From the NCBI GenBank assembly GCA_031372565.1, contig JANMLN010000041.1, positions 1-16,198 on the forward strand: a DNA stretch of 16,198 nt. Direction: 5' to 3'. A program made the position numbers and the translations under genes. The notes under the pieces are model-generated. The model saw only the letters and a list, made by a program, of their open reading frames with translations, searched no databases and had not been told where the DNA came from. This document shows, piece by piece, positions 1-8,224 of this stretch (positions within the stretch are counted from its first letter, which is position 1; every line of letters begins with the position of its first letter). The DNA is from Gemmatimonadota bacterium (GTDB lineage Bacteria > Gemmatimonadota > Gemmatimonadetes > Gemmatimonadales > Gemmatimonadaceae).

Positions 1-1028
1 TCGGTGACCGGGAGCGAGACCTGCATCTTGTGGGCCGCGAAATGGTGCAGCGCCTTGCCGCCCCACTGGATGAGCGTGCCGACGCCGTTGGCCTTGAGGA
101 AGTCCTTGAGCTCGTCGCGGCGGTCGGCTTCGATCTCGTAATTCTGGTAGACGTCGAAGTGATTCGGGTCGCTGTCCGGTGCCGGCGGCAGCCCGAGTTC
201 CGTCACGTCGTGGAGGCCGGCGTGGTACAGCGCCGCAATCGCGCGGCGGCGGCCGATGATGGCCGGGTAGTCCTGGAACTCCCAGTCGAGGATCGCGGCA
301 AAGAGGTTGTCGAGGCGCGAGTTGAGCCCCCACTCCACCACCTCGCCATGCGCGTCGCGGCCGTGGTCACGCAGCAGCCGGACCTTGTCCGCGATGGCGT
401 CGTCATTGGTGACGACCGCGCCACCGTCGCCCGGGCAGCCGAGGATCTTGGCCGGGTAGAAGCTGAAGGCGCCCGCCTTGCCGAAAGTACCGGCCTTGCG
501 CCCCTTGAACGTCGAGCCCAGGGCCTGCGCGGAGTCCTCGAGGATGAAGAGGCCGTGCTTGTCGGCGATCGCCTGCAGCGCGTCCATGTTCGCGGTGCGG
601 CCGTTGAGCTGCGTCGGGCAGATCGCGACCGTCTTCTTGGTGATCGCGCGCTCGATCGCGGCGGGATCAATGCAGCGATCCGGGCCGACTTCGACGGGGA
701 CGGGTACGCCCCCCGCGAAGTGGATCGCGGCCGCGGTTGCGGCCATCGTGTGCGAGCAGAGGATGACCTCGTCGCCGGCCTTGAGCCCCGCAGCACGCCA
801 TGCGAAGTGGAGGCCGTCGGTCGCGTTGGCGACGCCGATCACGTGCTTGACGCCGAGGTAGGTGGCCAGGTGCGCCTCGAAGTCGGTCAGATCCTTCTGC
901 ATGATGAACGCGCCGCGCCGCAGCACGTCGCGCACGATGCCGAGGATCTCGTCCTCGCGCTCGGTGAACGCCTTCTGGTAGTTGAAGTACGGGACTGAAC
1001 GGACGGAAGCCGGCGCGGTGGCAGTCAT
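1..1028 (-). CDS. DegT/DnrJ/EryC1/StrS family PLP-dependent nucleotide-sugar aminotransferase (3' end outside window)
   Basis: Not in the ORF track because it has no stop in the window. Manual translation from ATG at 1028: MTATAPASVRSVPYFNYQKAF...GVKHVIGVANATDGLHFAWRAAGLKAGDEVI...ILEDSAQALGS...AFSFYPAKILGCPGDGGAVVTND...LRDHGR...GLNSRLDNL. EDxAQ (PLP-binding Asp) and SFYPAK (Schiff-base Lys) motifs are present. The ATG overlaps the GNAT stop codon (ATGA, 1025-1028). Confidence 0.95.
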   Translation of the reverse strand, partial: MTATAPASVRSVPYFNYQKAFTEREDEILGIVRDVLRRGAFIMQKDLTDFEAHLATYLGVKHVIGVANATDGLHFAWRAAGLKAGDEVILCSHTMAATAAAIHFAGGVPVPVEVGPDRCIDPAAIERAITKKTVAICPTQLNGRTANMDALQAIADKHGLFILEDSAQALGSTFKGRKAGTFGKAGAFSFYPAKILGCPGDGGAVVTNDDAIADKVRLLRDHGRDAHGEVVEWGLNSRLDNLFAAILDWEFQDYPAIIGRRRAIAALYHAGLHDVTELGLPPAPDSDPNHFDVYQNYEIEADRRDELKDFLKANGVGTLIQWGGKALHHFAAHKMQVSLPVT

Positions 1029-1600
1029 CGGACGGAGGATGTTGGGAGGGAGGGCGAAGCCGGCGCCGGGCGGGCGATGGCGTAAAACCCGAGGGCGGAC
1101 ACGCCGGCCCGAGGTTGGCGCGCACCGCTTCCGACGCAGCGGAAGCCGGCCTTTTCGATCACGCGAATCGAGGGAGCATTGGCCTCCTCGACAAGGTACC
1201 AGTAGCGACGTCCCGGACGGAACGTGTCGTGCAGCACCTGCTGGAGCGCGAGGCCGGCGAGGCCCTGGCCACGCGCCTCGGGGGCCGTCCACGTGTCGCC
1301 GACCTGCAGGTCGCCGACGCCCATGAACGGGAAACGGAAGAACCGGGGAAAGACGCCGGCGCGGTGCAGCAGCGTCTCGCCGCGACAGAGCATGATGACG
1401 CCGAACTCCCGCGAGCTGAACAGGCGCAGGTGGTGGAACAGCGACCAGACGCGGTTGACGTTCTGCGGGATGCGCGGGTCGGGGCTCCAGCGCTCGCCCG
1501 GACGCCACCACACCGCCTGCATGCCAGCGGGAAGCGCGGGCGCGGCGACACGCTCGGCGAGCGTGAGCTGGTAGAAGCGGTGCTCGTCGGTAGCGCTCAT
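1025..1600 (-). CDS. GNAT family N-acyltransferase
   Basis: 191 aa. Acetyl-CoA-binding motif A (DTWTAPEARGQGLA) and motif B (VEEANAPSIRVIEKAGF). ATGA overlaps with both neighbours. Confidence 0.88.
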   Translation of the reverse strand: MSATDEHRFYQLTLAERVAAPALPAGMQAVWWRPGERWSPDPRIPQNVNRVWSLFHHLRLFSSREFGVIMLCRGETLLHRAGVFPRFFRFPFMGVGDLQVGDTWTAPEARGQGLAGLALQQVLHDTFRPGRRYWYLVEEANAPSIRVIEKAGFRCVGSGARQPRAGVSALGFYAIARPAPASPSLPTSSVR

Positions 1601-2889
1601 GCCGGCTGCATGCCGTGGGATACGACCGAGACATCGCCGGAGCCGCGCACCTCATCGAAGATCTCGTGCATCTGCCGGGCGCCTGCTGCGAGCGACAGGT
1701 GCTTCCAATAATAGTCACTACCGCGTTGCCCCATCGCGCGCCGTTCCTCCGGGGTCAGCGCGAGGAGCTGGCGTACGGCCGCGGCGAGTTCGCCGCCATT
1801 CTGCGGGGTGAACACGATGCCCGCATCCGCGTCGCGCAGCAGGGCCGCGGCTGCGCCCCGACACCCCATCAGGATCGGGCGCGCCGCCAGCAGGCTCACC
1901 TGCGTCTTGGACGGCACCGTCTCGTGCAGGAACGGATCATCGCGCAGGTGCACCAGCAGCGCGTCGGCGATCGCATTCAGCGACGGCATCTCGTCCACGG
2001 GACGTGGCGGCAGGATGCGCACGTTGGACAGGTTGCGTGCTGCGACCGCGCGCTCGAGTGCCGGGCGCTCCGGACCGTCGCCGATCAGCACGAACTGCGC
2101 CGGCGATGTGGGGCCCATGGCCTCCGCCGCATCGAGCACCACGTCGAGCGCCTGAAGAGGCCCGAAGTTTCCGGCGTACAGCACCAGAAAGCGGTCGTCG
2201 AGCCCAAGCCGCGACCGTAAGTTGGCGGGAGGCGGAACCGGGCTCAGCCGGTCCTCGTCCGCCCAGTTCGGCAACACGCGGATCTTGCTCGCCGGGACCC
2301 CACGCTCGACCAGGGTGCGGCGGAACCCATCGGTGATCACCGTGATCACCTCGTTGGTGGAGTAGATGAAACGCATGAGACCGTGCAGGGCGCCGCCAAC
2401 CGCGCGAGATACCAGCCCGGAGCGAAGCATGCCGCTGGCCGTGACCGAGTCGGGCCACAGGTCCCCGATGTGCTGCACCACGCGTGCACCCCACAGCAAC
2501 CGAAGCCACGCCACGGTGAGTCCCGTCGTGGGCAGATTGTCCACGTGGTAGATGAGCGGCGCCCTCCCCAGCTTGAACGGCGCCAGAACTATGGTGCTCA
2601 CCATGAACGAGAGGTAGGTGAGGATGCGCCGCGCTGCTGACCGGTCGTGGCTCGGGTAGATCCAGAACCGGTGGACGGGAATGCCGTCAACGACTTCGAG
2701 CTGGTAGGGCTTGAGTGCGTAGCCGGGATACGCCCGGCCGATCGGATACCACGGCACCGCGGTCACGACTTCCACCTCCCACCCGTGCTTGTCGCGGAGC
2801 ACTTTCGCGAGCGGGAGCCCGCGCAACGCGCCCGGTTCGGGGTGGAAGGTGATGGTGACGAAGACGACCCGGCGCGCAGGACGACTCAT
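1597..2889 (-). CDS. Glycosyltransferase family 4, WbuB/Cap5L-like
   Basis: Start moved to ATG 2889 (ATGA overlap with the asnB stop), 430 aa. N-terminal FHPEPGA, VTAVPWYP, DLWPDS, PNWAD, YAGNFGPLQALD and VPSK motifs are typical of the WbuB-like GT4 subgroup. Confidence 0.9.
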   Translation of the reverse strand: MSRPARRVVFVTITFHPEPGALRGLPLAKVLRDKHGWEVEVVTAVPWYPIGRAYPGYALKPYQLEVVDGIPVHRFWIYPSHDRSAARRILTYLSFMVSTIVLAPFKLGRAPLIYHVDNLPTTGLTVAWLRLLWGARVVQHIGDLWPDSVTASGMLRSGLVSRAVGGALHGLMRFIYSTNEVITVITDGFRRTLVERGVPASKIRVLPNWADEDRLSPVPPPANLRSRLGLDDRFLVLYAGNFGPLQALDVVLDAAEAMGPTSPAQFVLIGDGPERPALERAVAARNLSNVRILPPRPVDEMPSLNAIADALLVHLRDDPFLHETVPSKTQVSLLAARPILMGCRGAAAALLRDADAGIVFTPQNGGELAAAVRQLLALTPEERRAMGQRGSDYYWKHLSLAAGARQMHEIFDEVRGSGDVSVVSHGMQPA

Positions 2890-4625
2890 GAGGCGCGCGC
2901 GTACCGGTTGAGCCACAGGTCGAGCAGCAGGAGCCCGAACACCTCACGCGAGAACTTGTTCTCCGCCGTGAAGTTCATCTTCTCGATGTGGTAGTAGTCG
3001 CGGAACGGCGACGACATGATGTGCTCGCGGATCCGGTGGGCGGAGCGATTCACGAATGTGCCGATCGGGGTCGTGAACCCCATCTTGTCGGACCGGTGGA
3101 TGACCGTGCGCGGGAGCGACGGTTCGGCCAGACGGCGCAGCACCGGCTTGAGGTCGCCGCCCGAAAAGAGCGCCGCCGGGTCGAGCTGCACCACGTGCCG
3201 CACGAAGTCCTGGTGCAGGAACGACGGACGGCTCTCGAGCGAGTGGCGCCCGCACATCTTGTCGTCGATGTTGAGCAGCCCCTGCAGGAAGTAGCGGCGG
3301 TCGAAGCGCAGCATGGCCTGGAGATCGCTGCCGTCCGAGTAACACGCACTGAACGCGTCGCTGAACGAACGCTCCGCCTCGCTGTCGTAGAACGCGTACA
3401 GGTGCGGGTCGCCCTTCCGGTGCGTGAGCTCGAAGCGCGCGGCCGGCGTCTCGAGGCGCTTCATCTTGGCGAAGAGCGCCTTGTACGAGTCCTGGAAGCA
3501 CTCCCCCATGACCATCTGGTACCGGACGTACCCCGCGAACAGTTCGTCGCCGCCGGTGCCCGTGAGGATCACCTTGTACCGGCGCTTCACCTGCGCGAGC
3601 AGGTCCTCGAGCGGCAAGATCACGGACCCGATCGTCAGTTCGTCGAAGTCCTGCACGATGTCGCCCAGGCGATCAACGAGGTCGAAGTCCTCGCTCGCAT
3701 TCACCACGAAGAGCCGGGTGTCGGTCCCCTCCACCACCTGCTTGGCGAAGAAGGTCTCGTTGCACTCGGGGTCGGAGAAGTTGCAGTGGTACGCGATCTC
3801 CGGCTGCGCCAGGCGCGTGATGAGCGACGAGTCAATGCCGCCCGAGCAGAACGTCGTGAACGACGTGTCGCTGATCGTCGAGGCGACCACCGCGTTGCGC
3901 AGCCGCTCGCGCGTGTCCTCGATCCACCCGTCCGTGAGCGGCGCCAGCGAGGTGTCCGGAGTACCGAGGATGTCCTCGTAGGCCTCGTCGCGCAGGCTGC
4001 CGTCGTCGAGACCGAGGACGACCATGTGTCCCGGCCGCACCTTCCGGATCTCCTTGAGGAAGGTCTTGTCGCCGAAGGTGAACTGGTAGCGCACGTACTC
4101 CGACAGCGCGAGCGTGTCGAGCGCGAGCCCCGGCCCCACCGCCTCCACAATGCTGCGGATGAGCGACGAGACCGCCAGCCGCCCCTCCGGCCCGCGGAAG
4201 TAGTACAACGGCTTCACGCCGAACTGGTCGCGCACGAGCGTGAGCGTCCGCGCCTGCTTGTCGTACACGACGAACGCCCAGAACCCCGTCAGGTCGCGAA
4301 GAATCGCGGGTCCGAAGGTGGTCCAGGCGTGGAGCAGCACCTCGGCGTCACTGACGCCGCTCACGCGCACGCCGGCGGACTCGAGGCGCCGGTGGATGGC
4401 GGCGAAGTTGTAGATCTCGCCGTTGAACGCGAGCACGTGGCGCTCGTTCTCCATCGGCTGCGTGCCGCGCTCATCGAGGCCGATGATCGAGAGGCGCGTG
4501 TGCCCGACGTTCAGGTTGTCCTCGGACCAGAAGCCGATTTCGTCCGGGCCGCGGCGGCGCAGCGCCTTGAGCGTCTTATGCGTGAACGGGCGATCGAGTC
4601 GCGCCGTGACCAGGATGCCGCACAT
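2886..4625 (-). CDS. asnB: Asparagine synthase (glutamine-hydrolysing) family amidotransferase, probably modifying the polysaccharide (e.g. uronamide formation)
   Basis: 579 aa. N-terminal MCGI (Ntn Cys), RGPD, GHTRLSII, FNGEIYNF, RDQFGVKPLYY, PP-loop SGGIDSS, GGDELFAGY and KMGF motifs. Embedded in a sugar operon. Confidence 0.93.
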   Translation of the reverse strand: MCGILVTARLDRPFTHKTLKALRRRGPDEIGFWSEDNLNVGHTRLSIIGLDERGTQPMENERHVLAFNGEIYNFAAIHRRLESAGVRVSGVSDAEVLLHAWTTFGPAILRDLTGFWAFVVYDKQARTLTLVRDQFGVKPLYYFRGPEGRLAVSSLIRSIVEAVGPGLALDTLALSEYVRYQFTFGDKTFLKEIRKVRPGHMVVLGLDDGSLRDEAYEDILGTPDTSLAPLTDGWIEDTRERLRNAVVASTISDTSFTTFCSGGIDSSLITRLAQPEIAYHCNFSDPECNETFFAKQVVEGTDTRLFVVNASEDFDLVDRLGDIVQDFDELTIGSVILPLEDLLAQVKRRYKVILTGTGGDELFAGYVRYQMVMGECFQDSYKALFAKMKRLETPAARFELTHRKGDPHLYAFYDSEAERSFSDAFSACYSDGSDLQAMLRFDRRYFLQGLLNIDDKMCGRHSLESRPSFLHQDFVRHVVQLDPAALFSGGDLKPVLRRLAEPSLPRTVIHRSDKMGFTTPIGTFVNRSAHRIREHIMSSPFRDYYHIEKMNFTAENKFSREVFGLLLLDLWLNRYARAS

Positions 4626-4628
4626 GGG

Positions 4629-5651
4629 CTAGCGCGCTCCCCCGAAGGCGAGCGGCGCCCCCTCGCGGAAGGTCCGCGGCGCACGGCCGAGCACGCCGGC
4701 CAGGGTGCTGTTGTCCCCGAGACAGTGGCGCATGTCGCCGGGGCGATACCCGCCCACCACCTCGTACTTGGCCGGCACGCCGAGCACGCCGCCCAGCACC
4801 TCGCAGGCATCGATGAGCGTGGTGCCGACACCGGAGCAGACATTCACGATCGGCGGCGCCTCGACGCCGCCGACGATGCGTACCGCCGCCTCGACCAGGT
4901 CGCCGACATAGACCCAGTCGCGCTTCTGGCCGCCATCCTCGAACAGCTTGGGCACCTGTCCCGAGCGCAACCAGCCCGCGAGCTTGGCCACGATGGTGGC
5001 CTCGCCATCGTCCAGCCGGAGCCGGTCGCCGTACACCGACGAGAAGCGCAGGATCGTGAGCGGCTTGGGGAACGCGCGCAGGCAGAGCTCCTGCATGTAC
5101 TTGGACGCGCCGTAGAGCTCAAGCGGATTCGGCACCGCTGCCTCGGTGATCGGCACGATGTCGGCCACCTCGCCCGTCGCCGGGTCCATCACCTCGAAGC
5201 GCCCCGCCTCGAGATCGGCCGCACGACGCGACGCATCGCGCAGCGCGCCCGTGGACGGCACGCGGTACTCGTAGTTGGAGCCGTACACGCTGAACGAGCT
5301 CGCGAGCACGAAGCGCCGGAGCTTGGGCCAGTGCATGGCCGCGTCCACGAGCTTGGCAGTCCCCGCCACATTCGCGTCGAGCAGGTTGCCCGGCTCGCGG
5401 GCCGCACGCGACACGCCGCCCAGCGCCGCGAGGTGGATCACCGCCTCGACGTCGTCATAGCTCGCGTCCGGCTTCCACCAGCGGAGGTCGATGAACCGGT
5501 AGTCGACGTCGCTTCGCAGGTAGGACGGCGGCTGGTGCCAGACGTCCGTGTCGAGCGAGTCGATGACGACCACCGCGTGCCCCTCGGCGCGCAGCGCGTC
5601 CACCACGTGCGACCCGATGAAGCCGGCGCCTCCCGTGACGAGAACCTTCAT
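4629..5651 (-). CDS. NAD-dependent epimerase/dehydratase (extended SDR)
   Basis: True start is ATG 5651 (MKVLVTGGAGFIGSHVV; ATGA overlap with the upstream stop), 340 aa. The track's 98-aa extension is an overlap artefact. Motifs: GxxGxxG, HLAA, SSFSVYG, YGASK, RDWVYVGD, RPGDMRH. Confidence 0.93.
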   Translation of the reverse strand: MKVLVTGGAGFIGSHVVDALRAEGHAVVVIDSLDTDVWHQPPSYLRSDVDYRFIDLRWWKPDASYDDVEAVIHLAALGGVSRAAREPGNLLDANVAGTAKLVDAAMHWPKLRRFVLASSFSVYGSNYEYRVPSTGALRDASRRAADLEAGRFEVMDPATGEVADIVPITEAAVPNPLELYGASKYMQELCLRAFPKPLTILRFSSVYGDRLRLDDGEATIVAKLAGWLRSGQVPKLFEDGGQKRDWVYVGDLVEAAVRIVGGVEAPPIVNVCSGVGTTLIDACEVLGGVLGVPAKYEVVGGYRPGDMRHCLGDNSTLAGVLGRAPRTFREGAPLAFGGAR

Positions 5652-6643
5652 GCGAGCGCCTGCACGGCCTGCGCGATCTGCTCGCGTTCGGCCTCGAACC
5701 AGGCGGCGGTGGCCTTGAGTCCCTCGGCGAGCCGCACCTTGGGGTCGAGCCCGAGCACGCGGCCCGCCTTCTCGATGTTCGCCTGCCGGCGCAGCGAATG
5801 GTCCCAGTTCCGGCGGGGCGCGTAAGCGATCTCGCTCGACGAACCCGTCGCCGCGATCACGGCCTCGGCGAGATCGCGCACGCGCGTCTGGATGCCGGTG
5901 CCGAGGTTGAACGCTTCCCCACTCGCCGCGGGCACGCGGCCGCACCGAACGAGCCCGTCCACGAGGTCATCCACGAAGATGAAGTCGCGCGTCTCGTCGC
6001 CGGTGCCGGTGATGGTCAGCGTCTCGCCGTGCATCGCCTTCCAGACCCAGTTCGGGATCACGTTGCGATACGGTCCCGGGACTTCACCGGGCCCGTACGA
6101 GTTGAAGAACCGGCACCGCACCGTGGAGACCTGTGCCTGGAAGTAGTTGCAGTAGAACTCGCCCAACGCCTTCGTGATCTGGTACGGCGTGTCGAGGTTC
6201 AGGCTGACGGGCATGTCCTCGCGGATCGCCTCGTCGTGGTTGTGCCCGGCGATCGAGCACCCCGCCGACGCATACACCACGCGCTTCGCACCCTGATCGG
6301 CCGCCCACTTCAGCGTCACCAGCGTCCCGAGGCCGTTGGTGTGCAAGTCGTCGGTGGGGTGATCCACGCTGTTCTGGTTCGCGAAGAACGCCGCCAGGTG
6401 GAAGACGACCGCGTCGCGCCCGCCGGCCGGCATCAGCGCGGGCAGCGTGGCGATATCGCCCCGCACCAGCTGCACCCGATCGTCCACCGGAACGAGCCAC
6501 TCGTAGCCGGACGTGAGGTCATCAACCACGACGACGCGCTCGGCACCGTCGCTGAGCAGACGGCGAACGAGGCGCGAGCCGATGGCGCCGGCGCCGCCGG
6601 TCACGACGGCGTGTCGGATGATCGGCGTGGGGGGATGTGTCAT
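5648..6643 (-). CDS. NAD-dependent epimerase/dehydratase (extended SDR)
   Basis: 331 aa. TGGAGAIG Rossmann motif, FHLAAFFANQNSVDHP, YQITK catalytic YxxxK, RFFNSYGPG, TRDFIFVDD. Confidence 0.93.
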   Translation of the reverse strand: MTHPPTPIIRHAVVTGGAGAIGSRLVRRLLSDGAERVVVVDDLTSGYEWLVPVDDRVQLVRGDIATLPALMPAGGRDAVVFHLAAFFANQNSVDHPTDDLHTNGLGTLVTLKWAADQGAKRVVYASAGCSIAGHNHDEAIREDMPVSLNLDTPYQITKALGEFYCNYFQAQVSTVRCRFFNSYGPGEVPGPYRNVIPNWVWKAMHGETLTITGTGDETRDFIFVDDLVDGLVRCGRVPAASGEAFNLGTGIQTRVRDLAEAVIAATGSSSEIAYAPRRNWDHSLRRQANIEKAGRVLGLDPKVRLAEGLKATAAWFEAEREQIAQAVQALA

Positions 6644-6705
6644 CTCAACGATCGCAGAGGGGATCTCGATTTGGCCGGGGCGCTTTCCGTCACTCTGGCC
6701 GGTTC

Positions 6706-6743
6706 AAGAGCAAACGTAAGCTTAATCAGGACCAACGCTTACG
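6706..6743 (-). terminator. Candidate intrinsic terminator overlapping the wzy stop codon
   Basis: Minus-strand RNA reads CGUAAGC-G-UUGGU-CCUG-AUUAA-GCUUACG-UUUGCUCUU. It forms a 7-bp perfect lower stem (6737-6743 with 6715-6721) and a 5-bp upper stem with G-U pairs, followed by a U-rich tail (6 of 9 U). Confidence 0.45.
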
Positions 6744-8224
6744 GGGAAGACGGACTCCACGGGTACGCTGTGACGCACGTCACCTGCCCTGGTGCTGAGC
6801 CCGATGGCCAGTGCGCATGGCGCCGCCAGCGTGATCCATGCCGTGACGGTGTCGGAAAAGTCACCTCGAAGCAGCATCGGCAGCATGAGGAGGGTGATGG
6901 AACCGACCACGGAGGCCATCGGCGTTGCGGTCGATCGCCAGGCCTCGACGCGATGACACAGTGCACCGAGCAGAAGCATTCCCAGCGCGACGAGCGCTGC
7001 CCCGCCGTTCCAGTAGAGCTCCGCGACAAAGGACGGAGGAAACGTCGTTCCGGCCTCTACCAGGTCAGGTCGGAGGCGCTCCGCAAAAAGACCTGCGGGC
7101 GTGGTCGGCTTCCCCGCCCAGAGCTTTCTTGGAATCAGCTGGGTGAACACGGGGAGGAACGTCCGACCGTGCTCAGCAGGCAGTTCCCGGTCGTGGCTCT
7201 CGATCACCAGGGCAAGTTCCTGAATCTGCATGAACTGCGAGCCTATCGTCCGATCGAGAATCAGGTCCATACGCTCGCTCAACGAAAGCTGGTCAAGGAC
7301 GACCGAGGTGATCTCCTGATTAACGAGATACTCACGGAAGTACAGGTCGTAACCCAAGGCCGCGAACATGCTGGTCACGCCCGTGAACGCGACCGCGAGG
7401 ATCCCCAGACGCCGTCGAAGCTGGTTGAACATCAGCACGGCTGTTCCTGTCGTGAAGAACAGGATCACCTTCGTGCCGAGCAGGAGCGTCGGCCCGAGGG
7501 CGAGGACACCCAGCAGAAGGAAGCGGGGCGACAGCGCCACGCCTGGGCGATCAAACCGTGCACGGAGCGTTACCAGCCACGCGATGGGAAGGAGCTGTGC
7601 CCCGTAAAGCAAGAAGTTGATCCCGCTGAATGCGCGTAGGCGATCGGCCTGCGCGGCGAGGAGCGCAGCGATGCCGCCGAGCATCTGCACCCCAAGCGCG
7701 AACGCCGTAAGCCCGATGGCGAAGTAGGTCGTCACGACCAGCTGGATTCGACGGGGCCGCCATGCGGCCTTCGCGCGCGTCGCGGGAGCCGGGGGAGACC
7801 TCGTCAGCCACCACCCGATCCAGAATGCCCCCGCGGCGAGAATCGCCGTCGTGAGCGCTGCGTGCATAGCCAACTGGTGATCCCGGTATTCGTATCCGAG
7901 AAAGGCGGAGGCCGCGTCTCGTTGCGCGGCGAAGGCGCGCAGGGGCGCGAGATACCCGAGTGCGAACGAGATCGCGAAGAGCGCCGGCGCCCCGAGAAGA
8001 TCGGTTCCCCGCTGGCCGAGCAGTGGGCCGCCCAGCACGGGAACGAAGATCAGGACGGCGAGGACCCACGCCTGCCGTTCATGCGTCCGATCCAGCGCGG
8101 TGATCCCAACCGTCATGACGACGAGCAGCGCCAGTGTAACCAGTAGTCCGCGTGAGACGCGGGCAGCGGAGGCAGCGGCCGGCGCATCCTGCGGCGACGG
8201 GCGGCTCGCCTCCACCGATGTCAC
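6722..8224 (-). CDS. wzy: O-antigen/oligosaccharide repeat-unit polymerase (Wzy-like), polytopic membrane protein
   Basis: Likely start GTG 8224 (GTGA overlap with the MTase stop), 500 aa. About 11-12 hydrophobic segments. A large periplasmic loop carries the Wzy-type motif GRTF...LIPRKLWAGKP, followed by PPSFVAELYWNGG and LLRGD. The call rests on topology, motif and locus context. Confidence 0.78.
   Translation of the reverse strand: MTSVEASRPSPQDAPAAASAARVSRGLLVTLALLVVMTVGITALDRTHERQAWVLAVLIFVPVLGGPLLGQRGTDLLGAPALFAISFALGYLAPLRAFAAQRDAASAFLGYEYRDHQLAMHAALTTAILAAGAFWIGWWLTRSPPAPATRAKAAWRPRRIQLVVTTYFAIGLTAFALGVQMLGGIAALLAAQADRLRAFSGINFLLYGAQLLPIAWLVTLRARFDRPGVALSPRFLLLGVLALGPTLLLGTKVILFFTTGTAVLMFNQLRRRLGILAVAFTGVTSMFAALGYDLYFREYLVNQEITSVVLDQLSLSERMDLILDRTIGSQFMQIQELALVIESHDRELPAEHGRTFLPVFTQLIPRKLWAGKPTTPAGLFAERLRPDLVEAGTTFPPSFVAELYWNGGAALVALGMLLLGALCHRVEAWRSTATPMASVVGSITLLMLPMLLRGDFSDTVTAWITLAAPCALAIGLSTRAGDVRHSVPVESVFPVSVGPD
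6769..6784. promoter_or_regulatory. CRP/FNR-family-like palindromic site TGTGA-cgcacg-TCACC
   Basis: 9/10 match to TGTGA-N6-TCACA, with perfect inner repeat GTGACG-CA-CGTCAC (6770-6783). Lies in the last codons of wzy, about 130 nt upstream of the SDR start at 6643. Confidence 0.45.

Noticed and set aside
30..998. 322-aa plus-strand ORF
   Set aside because: Antisense to the DegT aminotransferase, which has clear family motifs on the minus strand.
2332..2350. Tandem GTGATCAC palindromes
   Set aside because: They lie inside the GT4 coding sequence and encode VITVIT, with the wrong spacing for a CRP-type site.
2988..5825. 945-aa plus-strand ORF
   Set aside because: Antisense shadow of asnB and the adjacent SDR, which share a frame across a 3-nt gap. 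High GC3 removes stops on the opposite strand, and the product has no recognisable motifs.
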